A stretch of DNA of 64,000 bases from Candidatus Dadabacteria bacterium (GTDB lineage: Bacteria; Bacteroidota; Bacteroidia; Chitinophagales; Chitinophagaceae). Below are positions 16,962 to 27,117 of this stretch, piece by piece. Location of the stretch: contig JBLNAY010000203.1 of the NCBI GenBank assembly GCA_050259715.1, positions 12,798 to 76,797 on the forward strand, given 5' to 3'. The position numbers and the translations under genes are program-made. Within the stretch, counting starts at the first letter, position 1. Each line of letters begins with the position of its first letter. Below the pieces are notes generated by a model that was not told where the DNA came from, ran no database searches, and worked only from the letters and a program-made list of their open reading frames with translations.

Positions 16962-18101
16962 TTAATCTGACGTTACTTCACCTTTATTAGGGGGAGAATA
17001 TCCTTTCAGCTGTGGCCATTCACCATTGAGTATTTCTTTTAACTCCAGTTTCGAAGGATCAATTTGTACATACTTGATTCTTTCTCTTCTCCATGTATAA
17101 ACAATATGAACCATACCATCTGATGATTGTATAACTGAAGGATAGGAATACTGGCTTATAGGTGAATCTTCCAGTATCAGGGCAGCATACCATTTCTTAC
17201 CATCTTTACTTACGGAAACATTTAATGGAGTACGTGGTCCCTTCCCATTCGGTAAACTATCAGCAGGTAAAACATGATTATATACAAGAAGTTGTCTTCC
17301 ATCTTTTAGACTGACAGCATCTAATCCAGAATTATTGTTCGGCATACACGTTTTGGTTGGTTCCGACCAACTTTCTCCATTATCAGTAGACCATGACTCT
17401 ACTATTGATCTTTGTTTACTCCGGCTAAGTATTTGAAGTTTTTCACCAGGATATACTAAAATGGTTGGTTGTATGATGTTCAACTTTTTTACATCGTTAA
17501 TAGGTCCGACCTTTCGCCATGTTTTCCCCTGGTCATCGGAAATCTCAACGTAAACTCTCCAACCTGGACTACCCTCGACACTTGAGGGAGCTATAAGTCG
17601 GCCACTTTGTAATCTGATTGGTTTGTTTTTAGAAGGTCCAAGAAAACCTTGCTGCAGAGGAATTTTTTCTGACCAGGTAATTCCATGGTCTTTCGAAACT
17701 TTCATAAATCCTTTCCAGTCAGCTACATTCTTACCTATTTTATAAAACAACAATAAATCGCCTCCTGGAACCTGGTACAATACAGGATTGTAACATGGTT
17801 TTCGAACACTATCATTCAAAATACCATTTGCTACAGAAACAGGCTCTGTCCATTTATTATTAACGTTCCTGCTAACCCAAATTTCTACATCCGGATTACC
17901 TTCTTTGGTACCTCCAAACCATGCTGTGATAAGTCCTTTAGGAGTTTCTGCGATTGTTGCGCAATGACTTTGTGGAAAGGGAGCTTTATCAAAAATAAAT
18001 TCGTCAACAACAATGCCTTTCTTCCATACAGAATTTTGCTGTGCTTTACCATTTACGGCTGTGAAGAAGAAAAGTGTAATAGCAAATAATAAAGATTTCA
18101 T
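16962..18101 (-). CDS. BNR/Asp-box sialidase-fold glycosidase (GH33-like; candidate Kdo hydrolase, cf. the BT1013 C-terminal module)
   Basis: Signal peptide; Asp-boxes SKDHGITW, SDDQGKTW, STDNGESW and SKDGKKW; YSYPS motif. Confidence 0.78.
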   Translation of the reverse strand: MKSLLFAITLFFFTAVNGKAQQNSVWKKGIVVDEFIFDKAPFPQSHCATIAETPKGLITAWFGGTKEGNPDVEIWVSRNVNNKWTEPVSVANGILNDSVRKPCYNPVLYQVPGGDLLLFYKIGKNVADWKGFMKVSKDHGITWSEKIPLQQGFLGPSKNKPIRLQSGRLIAPSSVEGSPGWRVYVEISDDQGKTWRKVGPINDVKKLNIIQPTILVYPGEKLQILSRSKQRSIVESWSTDNGESWSEPTKTCMPNNNSGLDAVSLKDGRQLLVYNHVLPADSLPNGKGPRTPLNVSVSKDGKKWYAALILEDSPISQYSYPSVIQSSDGMVHIVYTWRRERIKYVQIDPSKLELKEILNGEWPQLKGYSPPNKGEVTSD

Positions 18102-18832
18102 TATTGGTTTCCTGCAGGTTTTTGTTTCTGTTGATCAGCAGCTTTCTTTGCCTTCACCGCATCTGTGTAAGTTTTATACAACTGCCGCCAATTTCTTCCA
18201 TTGTTGTTTAAGAGTTGTTCACTTTTAGTCTTGTAGATTTCAAAGATCGCTGATATTTCCTTCATGTTTTTATAATCGATAGCCTGCTCACGTGCCTGTT
18301 TCAGGTAAACTGTAATCTTAGTTTCCTCTTCAGAAGTCAGATCCGGAACAATTGCTTTATAACCAGCCAACGTAAAAGCAACCTTACCTACAGTATACTT
18401 ATCAAGAATAACTTCAACCTGCGACGAAGATAATTCCATGTTCAATGTATTCATTAAACTATCATGTATACTTTTAGGCATCGCAGAAGTGGCAATGATT
18501 TGTCTTTCTAGATCAGAAAGCTTGTTCCCGGTAGTTGGATTTATGCCCGCAGGTACTGTTGATGCCGGGTGCTCATTATGCCAATCCCGAATGGCCTTCA
18601 AATGAGTGGCAATGACTGTAGCTATTCGTTGCTCTTTAATTTCATTGTTCAACTTTAGCGAAGCTGCCCATTCAGCAGCTCTTTTCTCCTGGTCAAGATC
18701 AGATTTCATTCTAGCATCATCCGACGATTTCACCTGCAGTCCATACGTCACTTGCTGACCAAATGCTGTACCCTGAGTTAAGCATACAATACTCAACATG
18801 GGAATTGCTATAACTGTATTTATTATTTTCAT
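18101..18832 (-). CDS. Secreted DUF3826-like helical protein
   Basis: Signal peptide; ILDKYTVGKVAFTLAGYKAIVPDL and AREQAIDYKNMKEISAIFEIYK; paralogous to 39581-40270. Confidence 0.7.
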   Translation of the reverse strand: MKIINTVIAIPMLSIVCLTQGTAFGQQVTYGLQVKSSDDARMKSDLDQEKRAAEWAASLKLNNEIKEQRIATVIATHLKAIRDWHNEHPASTVPAGINPTTGNKLSDLERQIIATSAMPKSIHDSLMNTLNMELSSSQVEVILDKYTVGKVAFTLAGYKAIVPDLTSEEETKITVYLKQAREQAIDYKNMKEISAIFEIYKTKSEQLLNNNGRNWRQLYKTYTDAVKAKKAADQQKQKPAGNQ

Positions 18833-18838
18833 AATTCA

Positions 18839-21604
18839 TTATTTGTTAACTGTAAAAGAGTATTTACCACTACCTATTTTGATAACTACATTATCTACTT
18901 CAACCCTGATTAGCTCAATTCCTTTTACTTCTTTAAGGTTTTTTCCTGATTCTTTTACCAGTTGATCTGAGATTGCAGGAAGGTAAATGATCGCTTCTGA
19001 ATTAGCAGGGATATCGATGTTCCATGACAGACCGTTTTCCTGTTTCTTCCAATCACTTTTGATTTGTCCGTATGGCGACTGGTACGAGCTGTTAACGTAA
19101 TTCAAGCCACAATTAAATGCAGGCTTCATAATGGTAGTTTTAAATGCGACTGCTGAACTATCGGAACGTATTCCCGCAAGATCTTCGTACATCCATATTA
19201 ATAGATCACCCAATAGCATGACATGATTTTGTGAATTCATTGCGGGATCAGCTGTATTACCATTCCATAATTCCCATATAGTAGTTGCGCCATTTTTAAC
19301 CATGTAGCCCCAACTCGGGTAGGTTGTATTACTTGCCAGTTTATAAGCCAGATCAGGGCGGTTAAAATAGGTCAACCAGCGCATGATCCATTGAGTGCCA
19401 ACAACACCAGTACTTATATGAGTATAATTTTGAACGACAATTTTATCTGTAATATTCCGGAATATCTTTTCTGATTCGCTCTCCGGAGCAATTTTGAAAG
19501 CTAGTGGAAGAAGATTGGCTGTAACAGTATTATTGCTATATCGGCCGGTAGCTTGATTGTAAAAGGTTTTATTAAATGCACCTTTTACCTTCATTGCTTC
19601 TGTTTCAAATTCATTCACATCTGCTGTACGATTCGACAGTAAAGCAAATCCTTTCATCACCTGCAATAAATGATAATAATACGCTGTCGCCAATAATTTC
19701 GGATCTGTGATCCTTGCAGAATCTTTACTGTGAATGAGTTCAGGTGATTCAGGCGGCACACACCAATCGCCATAGCTATCTTTCGTCATAATATAAGCAG
19801 TGGTAAGGTATTTACGTTTCATATACCCCATCCACTTCTTCATTGATGTATAATGTTTCAGTATAGGTTTATTATCACCAAATTGCCTGTACAGCATATC
19901 GGCTATTTTCAGGTAGGCTCCAGGCCATGTCATATTATCTTTATAATAGTACCAGAAATTTGGAGCAACATCCGGTATACTTCCTTCTGCAGTTTGCGCA
20001 TCTGCAATATCATCCAGCCATTTAGAATATAATTTTGCATTACTAAACAGGAAACTCTCACCATAGGCTCCGGTTGTTCTGTCTCCCAACCAGGGCTGTC
20101 GTTCATTGCGTTGCGGGCAGTCAATCGGCATTCCTTTATAATTGCTACGGATACCCCAGAAAGCGTTTTTATGTACCTTGTTGATAATCTCATTTGAGGT
20201 TTCAAGTGAACCAATTGTTTTCATGTTGTCATAGATCACTTCTCCGACGAAATCAGTTAACGAAGGAGTGCCAGGATAGCCCTCTACTTCAACATACCTG
20301 AACCCATGAAAAACAAATCTAGGTGACCATGTCTCTACACCACCACCTTTCAAAGTATATACATCAGTAACTTTCGCATCCCTGAGGTTAGCTGTATAAA
20401 GTTCACCATTAGGTTTAAGGCTCTCGGCATACCGAAGTGTAATTCTGTTTCCCTTGTTACCGTAAACTTTTATTTTTACCCAGCCAGCCATGTTCTGGCC
20501 CATATCAAGAATATACCGTTTCCCATTCATTTGCTTAATGGAAACTGGATGAACATAATCCAAGATTTGCATGTTTGGATTCATCTGTGCTTCCAACACA
20601 CCACCCGGTGCTTTAACCAACTCCGCTGAAATCCATTTACTGTCATTATATCCGTTTTTATTCCAGCCATTCAGTTCCTTCATCGCATTGTATTCCTCTC
20701 CGTCATATTCATTATTAGTTCTGATTGGGCCATCAGCAGTCACCTTCCAGGTTTGATCTGATTTGAAGATTTTGAGAGTACCATCATTATATTGTATTTC
20801 CAACTGCACAATCATTTTCGGAAAACCGAATGTGTGCCACTTCTGTGGTTTATAATTCTGCCGCATAGTAAAGAACCGCCCATTCCCCAGAACTGTTCCA
20901 ATTGTGTTCTTACCTTGATTCAACTGACTAGTGACATCGAATGTGTTGTATTTTATTGTTTTGCTATAATCAGTTGGTGAAGGTGCCAACACCTGGTCAC
21001 CTATTATGTTCCCGTTAATGTATAGTTCGTAAAGACCCAGGCCAGATATGTAAACAGTTGCTTTTTTAATTTTACTAACACTGTAGAATTCCTTTCTGAA
21101 ATATCGGGCAGAAAGGCGGGAAAATTTAGTTACAGAGTCCCAAGGGAAAGCTCTATCTAAACCAATCCATTTAGCTTTCCAATCAGTTGGTTGCAGAAAG
21201 CCCATACTGAAATAAGCACGCTTACTGCAGGCTGCTGTACCATTATTAATCCAAACTTTTACTTTCCAAAAACATTGCTGGCGACTGTTTAATTTTCTTC
21301 CTTTATATGAAACCAGGATTGATTTATCAGAATCAACTTTACCTGAATTCCAAACATCTCCATCATCAATCGACAGTTTTGCTTCTGATGTAGATACTAT
21401 AATCTGATAAGCTACTTGTTTGATGGCTCTTCCCTCTGCTGAAATCTTCCAACTGAAACGTGGTGCCGTGGCATCTATACCAATAGGGTTGAATAACATT
21501 TCACATTGTAGATTCTGAACTTCCAGGGGCTCAGAAGCAAACAGCAGGTTAATTGAAAAGCAAAAAAATAACAAGTGAGTTATATACGGAGCTTTAATTG
21601 TCAT
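18839..21604 (-). CDS. Alpha-L-rhamnosidase (GH78)
   Basis: Signal peptide; YFRKEF, ISGLGLYEL, FHGFRYVEV, PIDCPQRNERQPWLGD, ATTIWELW and SQNHVMLLGD motifs. Confidence 0.93.
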   Translation of the reverse strand: MTIKAPYITHLLFFCFSINLLFASEPLEVQNLQCEMLFNPIGIDATAPRFSWKISAEGRAIKQVAYQIIVSTSEAKLSIDDGDVWNSGKVDSDKSILVSYKGRKLNSRQQCFWKVKVWINNGTAACSKRAYFSMGFLQPTDWKAKWIGLDRAFPWDSVTKFSRLSARYFRKEFYSVSKIKKATVYISGLGLYELYINGNIIGDQVLAPSPTDYSKTIKYNTFDVTSQLNQGKNTIGTVLGNGRFFTMRQNYKPQKWHTFGFPKMIVQLEIQYNDGTLKIFKSDQTWKVTADGPIRTNNEYDGEEYNAMKELNGWNKNGYNDSKWISAELVKAPGGVLEAQMNPNMQILDYVHPVSIKQMNGKRYILDMGQNMAGWVKIKVYGNKGNRITLRYAESLKPNGELYTANLRDAKVTDVYTLKGGGVETWSPRFVFHGFRYVEVEGYPGTPSLTDFVGEVIYDNMKTIGSLETSNEIINKVHKNAFWGIRSNYKGMPIDCPQRNERQPWLGDRTTGAYGESFLFSNAKLYSKWLDDIADAQTAEGSIPDVAPNFWYYYKDNMTWPGAYLKIADMLYRQFGDNKPILKHYTSMKKWMGYMKRKYLTTAYIMTKDSYGDWCVPPESPELIHSKDSARITDPKLLATAYYYHLLQVMKGFALLSNRTADVNEFETEAMKVKGAFNKTFYNQATGRYSNNTVTANLLPLAFKIAPESESEKIFRNITDKIVVQNYTHISTGVVGTQWIMRWLTYFNRPDLAYKLASNTTYPSWGYMVKNGATTIWELWNGNTADPAMNSQNHVMLLGDLLIWMYEDLAGIRSDSSAVAFKTTIMKPAFNCGLNYVNSSYQSPYGQIKSDWKKQENGLSWNIDIPANSEAIIYLPAISDQLVKESGKNLKEVKGIELIRVEVDNVVIKIGSGKYSFTVNK

Positions 21605-24410
21605 TTATATTTATTTGTTGTCCTGGCCTAAAATCAAAATAAAGTATGATTTGAAGTGACCTTGATGGATCCTTCTCATAATCATAAAATATGTTTTTCA
21701 TTCCCATAGGACCTGTTGTTTCAGCACGCTGACTCTTCGTTCCAATTGAAGGTATGCCCTGCATAAAAGAAATATCACCTGATGGAAAAAGAGGTTCATA
21801 ATTATGCCATTGATCTGTTTTAGGTGCGGCACTAAACAATCTCAGAAACAGGTCTTCATTCTCTGTATAAATTGTAAAAGGTCCAGCTGTTGTAGTAAAC
21901 CGGCACCAATACATATTTGAATGATATCCTTTGAATTCAGGATAGAGCCATGATTCTGCAGTTTCTGTATTATTGTATTGTTTAGTCCATATATCAAACC
22001 GGTTTCCTTTCAACCTGTTTTTCCAGACTCTATATGGCCCATAGCCTAAATAAGTGACACTTTTAATAGCATTGTTGGGAAAGCAAAAATTTACCCCATC
22101 AAACCATGTATAATATTCTGCAGGAAAATAATTGACTTGCATTTTGATAATGCCTGAGGGTAAAACTGACCATCGAAGAGTGTTGTAATTCTCTTTTCTG
22201 TCGAATGAAGATGTAATCACTAAAGTATCAGCAGAATAATGGTACTTGAATTCTGAAAAGTTGTTTACACCTTCCTGTACAATTGGTCCGGTACTCAGTG
22301 GAATAATACCATTCTCATTTTTTATATTATTGATATGCCCATTATGCCTATTAATATCAAATTTTAAGTCATTTACTGAAACAGAATATATTGAATCATG
22401 TTCTGTGACAACAGCTTTTTGGAAATTATTATTTCCAATCTGATTAAGATAACTAGCAACTACCTGTTTTGGAAGCACAATTGGATAACTCCACGTGAAT
22501 AATTGTCTTCCATATGGGTCAAAAGAAGTAATGTACAGCACGTCGAACTGATACCAATTCTGTGGTAGTTTCACATTCAGTATTCCTTTTTGTGTTGGAC
22601 TTATGTCAGGGGAAACTGCAGATCCCGATAATGAATCTTTCCTGCCAGTTAATATCTTCAACTTCCATTGAAATCTGCATTGAGAAATATTTGTGAAACT
22701 GAAACGATTTTCAATTATGAATTTGCCATTGAATTCATTTGTCAATTGTTTTGTTAAAAAATGTACAGGGCTCCATATTTCTTTAATAGCATTATAACTT
22801 CCTTCTTTCTCGTGAAAGGGTCCAACGATCCCATCAGCTCCATGAAACTTATCTGTGTCTATTGTATCATTCCTATCCTTTCTTACTACTCCTTCATCAG
22901 CGAGGTCCCAAAGAAAGCCTCCTGCACTTAATGGATCATTCCACATCTTTTCCCAATAATCCTGCAAGCCTGCACCATGACCTCCGTCAAACCAACCATG
23001 AAGAAATTCAGTGGGCATAATTATATCATGGCCAGCTTCATAATTGCCAATACCATAATTATACTCTCTATAATGTTGTGCATCAATACCATTAAATGAC
23101 TCCCATGGATGTACCACAGTTCTTTTCTGTATATCATAAGCAGCGAACGAAGGATCCAACTGTCGATTGTGTCCTCCTTCATTCCCATTGGACCATAGAA
23201 TGATAGATGGATGATTCACATCGTGATCCAGCATTTCTTTTACTAACTTACTCCCTGTAGGTGTATCGTAGCTGCCATGCCAACCTGCTAATTCATCCAT
23301 TACAAAAAGACCAAGTGAATCACATATATCGAGAAAATGTTCATCCGGTGGATAATGTGACATCCGAACAGCATTCATGTTCATGTCCTTCATCATCAGC
23401 ACATCTTCTATACTTAATGCTTTACTTGTTGTTCTGCCTGTAGTTGGATAGAAAGAGTGCCTGTTTACTCCTCTCATTTTCATTTTCACACCGTTCACAT
23501 AAATACCATCTCTTTGCTTCACTTCTACTGTCCGGAAGCCAAATTTTTGGCGATAAACATGAACAGCTTTCCCGTTTTTATAAAGTGTAAATACCGCTGT
23601 GTAAAGATTTGGAAACTCCGGGGACCATAGCTGTGGAGAAGAAAATTGATAGTCTATTATATTCTCTCCTTCTATCGCTGATTTAAAAAATTCTTTACTA
23701 GGTATTTGTTTATTATTATAGAAGACCCTGATGCCGATTCTATCACCTCCTTTTATTTTTACTTTCGATATGAATCGCCCACTTGCTTGAGCGTCAATTG
23801 CAACATATGCGATATGCTGTTGAGGAAATATTTGGAGGTAAACCGGCCTGAAAACGCCACCGAAGATCCAGAAGTCACCTTTTCTTTCAGCCGCATTCAC
23901 TGAGGGATTAGATGAATGTTTTGAAACGGTTACCTCTAGTAAATTAGTTGTCCCATAATTTAGTAAATGACTGACATTATATTGAAATGCATAAAAAGCT
24001 CCCTGGTGAATCTCTCCTGCAGAACGACCATTAACCTTTACATCTGCATCGGTCATGACACCTTCAAAAACAAGGTTAATTGCTTTATTTTTCCATGAAT
24101 CCGGAGCAGTAAACTGGAGTTTATATAGGCCTTGTTCCTTACCTTTTAGTGTGTCCTTATCTAACCCGTAATTGTATTTTCCAAAACCGTGGAGCTCCCA
24201 GCATGATGGAACAGGGATAGTTGTCCACTTTCCTGAGTTCATGCCAGAAGTACAATAAAATTGCCACTTTTTAGTATCCTCATTTCCAGTGCCCGTCAAA
24301 TACATTCTCTCAGTCTCCTGTGCAAAAAGACCATTGCAAAAGATTACCAGAAACAAAGATGGTAGAAGAATATTTAAGTAAACTGATATGTAGTTCCTGG
24401 CACCTATCAT
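21594..24410 (-). CDS. GH2 glycosidase (beta-galactosidase/uronidase type)
   Basis: FEGVM, GGVFRPVYL, GVNRH, NMNAVRMSHYP, WSNGNE (acid/base) and PTEFLH (nucleophile region) motifs. Confidence 0.9.
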   Translation of the reverse strand: MIGARNYISVYLNILLPSLFLVIFCNGLFAQETERMYLTGTGNEDTKKWQFYCTSGMNSGKWTTIPVPSCWELHGFGKYNYGLDKDTLKGKEQGLYKLQFTAPDSWKNKAINLVFEGVMTDADVKVNGRSAGEIHQGAFYAFQYNVSHLLNYGTTNLLEVTVSKHSSNPSVNAAERKGDFWIFGGVFRPVYLQIFPQQHIAYVAIDAQASGRFISKVKIKGGDRIGIRVFYNNKQIPSKEFFKSAIEGENIIDYQFSSPQLWSPEFPNLYTAVFTLYKNGKAVHVYRQKFGFRTVEVKQRDGIYVNGVKMKMRGVNRHSFYPTTGRTTSKALSIEDVLMMKDMNMNAVRMSHYPPDEHFLDICDSLGLFVMDELAGWHGSYDTPTGSKLVKEMLDHDVNHPSIILWSNGNEGGHNRQLDPSFAAYDIQKRTVVHPWESFNGIDAQHYREYNYGIGNYEAGHDIIMPTEFLHGWFDGGHGAGLQDYWEKMWNDPLSAGGFLWDLADEGVVRKDRNDTIDTDKFHGADGIVGPFHEKEGSYNAIKEIWSPVHFLTKQLTNEFNGKFIIENRFSFTNISQCRFQWKLKILTGRKDSLSGSAVSPDISPTQKGILNVKLPQNWYQFDVLYITSFDPYGRQLFTWSYPIVLPKQVVASYLNQIGNNNFQKAVVTEHDSIYSVSVNDLKFDINRHNGHINNIKNENGIIPLSTGPIVQEGVNNFSEFKYHYSADTLVITSSFDRKENYNTLRWSVLPSGIIKMQVNYFPAEYYTWFDGVNFCFPNNAIKSVTYLGYGPYRVWKNRLKGNRFDIWTKQYNNTETAESWLYPEFKGYHSNMYWCRFTTTAGPFTIYTENEDLFLRLFSAAPKTDQWHNYEPLFPSGDISFMQGIPSIGTKSQRAETTGPMGMKNIFYDYEKDPSRSLQIILYFDFRPGQQININDN

Positions 24411-24419
24411 AATACTCAG

Positions 24420-26270
24420 CTATTCCCGGGGAGTTAACGTTTTAAACGATGTGATGTAATAAACAGCTTTCTTATCCTGTTCTCCTCCGTTTGGAAGATC
24501 GTACATCTGGTCTGTTGGAGTATCCGCATCAGGAAAACGGCGCATAGGGCCAGTTCTGAAGACTACACGATCAATGCTGGAGAGAGGAGCAAAAAATAAT
24601 CCCTGTGAATTCTTTCCATTAATTGAAACTGTATAGAACCTGGTATCTGTATTTAATTCTACCCGGAAATTGTACTGTTCACCAGCTTTGAACTTCACCA
24701 GGCTTTTATTCTTGTAGCCTGCTTTTGTAATTATACTTCCGGCTGAATCAAACGAAAGTCTAACGCCAGCTGTACCCTTACAATCAGTAAACTCAATATC
24801 CATCCAACCATTATTATCTTGCTCTGGAATGACTGTAAATTCTGTTATTAGCCTTTTAGAAGATGGTATTATTCTTTCTGCCCTGGCGTAATCAAAAGGA
24901 TCCCAATCATGGAGAGTTAGTGCTTTTGTACCTGTACCAGTTTTTTCAATTGTCACAGGGGTCCACAAGCCACTATTATAATTCCAATAAGTTAGTTCTT
25001 TGCCATTCTGCATTTCATTGAATACTTCATTTATATCTGAAGTTACCTTATCTGTAATTGGCACAGGTATGGTTGCTACCCAAATATCTTCTTTGTTCAT
25101 GCTATAGGTCACCCACACATTTCCATCCGGCGGTCTACCATTTCCTTCAATTATTCCACGGATATATTGAGGTCCATAGGATTTATAGGCACCTCCATAT
25201 CTCATTGAGGTAATCTCTCCATTAACTAATAGAAGATTGGTAAAGTTTAACCCATCCTTGCTTACTGATAGAGCTAATGGCCATCTAAATTCAGAAGGAT
25301 TATATACAGTTGCATATTTTCCATCTGAAGTTTTCTGCCCCCACATTTTAGCATTCCCATTTACGACATGTGGCGCTCTTAAAGGATTATATACCCAAGT
25401 TTTTCCTTCATCTAAACTGATAGATGTTAACCCGTTTTTCCAGAAGCCCACAACCCTGCCATCAGGTAAATGATACCAGCAAAAGGCTTTTAAATCTTTC
25501 TTCAATGGAATAATAGGATCATCCCGATCGGCTTCTTCAACCCACTGTTGTACCTGTAGTGGGTTATTTAATATCTCGTTACATGCTTTTACAAAACCTT
25601 TGTCTTTACTTGAAGAATAGATTGGAAAAGCAGAATTAGTTTGATTCCATTTTTTATTATACCTCAGAAAATATATTGGTCCATAACTCCCATCCTTATA
25701 TATTTCACGAACAGCGCGACCCATACCAAGCCCATCGTTAGGATCATCACCAGCGCCTAAAACGATTCCATAATACGCAAGAGTTAATAACCTGTTTTTC
25801 TTTGAAACATAAAAACCCATTCTCTGGTGATTGACAGAATATACATCTTTAGCCACTTCCATTCTTCCTTCCTTAGTTGTCCCATCAGGAATTTTAACCG
25901 GGGGAAAGATAATCACAGGTTTACTCCAATGATAACCATCTTTTGATGTTACAAGAAAAGTTTGACCAGGAGGAATATGTTCCCCAACAGGATCACTAAG
26001 AAAATGAAGATAAAACTGGTTATTCCAATATGCTATCATTGGAGCATGATTGTATGTCCAATTTGTGCCACCGGCAAGTTCAGGATGTTCCCTATTCGCG
26101 CGGAATACTTGTATATTATGAACACCTACTGCTGGTGCGAGTTGGCCATGATGATAATCCACATTTACCAGGGTGCTACCTGTATAATGAACAGTGTCTT
26201 GCCCCAGCACAGAAATCCATATAATAAAAAACAGAAAGCTTAATAATCCTTTCATTCTAATTATAAACAC
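24420..26270 (-). CDS. GH143-like beta-propeller (candidate 3-deoxy-D-lyxo-heptulosarate [Dha] hydrolase, BT1020 N-terminal module)
   Basis: VDYHHGQL.PAVGVHNIQVFRANREHP, TYNHAPMIAYW and VNHQRMGFY motifs plus Asp-boxes, matching my recall of the BT1020 N-module. The true start is probably the ATG at 26255. Confidence 0.72.
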   Translation of the reverse strand: MFIIRMKGLLSFLFFIIWISVLGQDTVHYTGSTLVNVDYHHGQLAPAVGVHNIQVFRANREHPELAGGTNWTYNHAPMIAYWNNQFYLHFLSDPVGEHIPPGQTFLVTSKDGYHWSKPVIIFPPVKIPDGTTKEGRMEVAKDVYSVNHQRMGFYVSKKNRLLTLAYYGIVLGAGDDPNDGLGMGRAVREIYKDGSYGPIYFLRYNKKWNQTNSAFPIYSSSKDKGFVKACNEILNNPLQVQQWVEEADRDDPIIPLKKDLKAFCWYHLPDGRVVGFWKNGLTSISLDEGKTWVYNPLRAPHVVNGNAKMWGQKTSDGKYATVYNPSEFRWPLALSVSKDGLNFTNLLLVNGEITSMRYGGAYKSYGPQYIRGIIEGNGRPPDGNVWVTYSMNKEDIWVATIPVPITDKVTSDINEVFNEMQNGKELTYWNYNSGLWTPVTIEKTGTGTKALTLHDWDPFDYARAERIIPSSKRLITEFTVIPEQDNNGWMDIEFTDCKGTAGVRLSFDSAGSIITKAGYKNKSLVKFKAGEQYNFRVELNTDTRFYTVSINGKNSQGLFFAPLSSIDRVVFRTGPMRRFPDADTPTDQMYDLPNGGEQDKKAVYYITSFKTLTPRE

Positions 26271-26319
26271 CTTTTAAAAGATAGAATAACTTTTAAAATC
26301 CTTTTAAAATCAATTATTA

Positions 26320-27099
26320 TTATCCCTTTATTATTTCCAGCCATGTATGCGCCATCAAGTGGGCGCCAGCAAGTGATGGATGTACTCCATCGCCTGTCCA
26401 ATAAACACCTGGTGCTTGCTTTTGAGCGTTATCATATATTGATTGGTAAGGAATAAATACTGCATCAAACTCACGAGCCAGTTCCCTCGCAACAGCACGG
26501 TACTCATTAAAAGTTGGGTACCATTTTTCATCCACAGCTTTAATGCCAGGAACAGCATAAGGCTCACCGATGATCAATTGAACACCAGGAAGGTTTTGTT
26601 TAGTTGTTTCCAAAAGTTTTTTATAATCATCATGATAAGTCTTAATAGTTCCGGTATATTTATTTGTAAGTGTATGCCAGAAATCATTTACTCCAACCAA
26701 TATACTTAATACGTTTGGTTTTAAATCCAGGCAGTCCTTCTGCCATCTGTCTGTCAATTGATAAACTTTATTACCGCTAATACCTTTATTATAAACTTTT
26801 AGATTTTTTGGAGCATACTTGTATAATAAGCCTGATCCTGCGATCATTGCATAACCATTCCCTAATGCTGCAGAATTATTAAAATTGGCATCATCTCTTT
26901 TACGCCCGGCGTCTGTAATTGAATCTCCCTGGAAAAGCACTATATCGTCTTTCTTTATAGTAATCTTTTTATTCTTATTCACTTGTTCTGCAGCAAAGGC
27001 CTTATTGATTATTTGAGGAATGGTAAATGCAGAGACAGTGGCGAGTGTACTGTCTCTTAAAAAAGTTCTACGGCTATTGACTTTCGAATGTTCTTTCAT
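26320..27099 (-). CDS. SGNH/GDSL-family esterase with a twin-arginine (Tat) leader
   Basis: SRRTFL leader; FQGDSIT, GISGN, GVND and DGVHP blocks. Confidence 0.88.
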   Translation of the reverse strand: MKEHSKVNSRRTFLRDSTLATVSAFTIPQIINKAFAAEQVNKNKKITIKKDDIVLFQGDSITDAGRKRDDANFNNSAALGNGYAMIAGSGLLYKYAPKNLKVYNKGISGNKVYQLTDRWQKDCLDLKPNVLSILVGVNDFWHTLTNKYTGTIKTYHDDYKKLLETTKQNLPGVQLIIGEPYAVPGIKAVDEKWYPTFNEYRAVARELAREFDAVFIPYQSIYDNAQKQAPGVYWTGDGVHPSLAGAHLMAHTWLEIIKG

Positions 27100-27117
27100 T
27101 TGTACTTAGAATTAATG

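Noticed and set aside
16962-18101. Host-glycan sialidase / nan cluster
   Set aside because: No FRIP motif, no nanE/nanK/nagA, and the whole context is pectin.
26271-26309. Three copies of CTTTTAAAA in the SGNH-GH143 gap
   Set aside because: Low-complexity AT sequence with irregular spacing (19 and 11 bp); expected by chance in AT-rich leaders.
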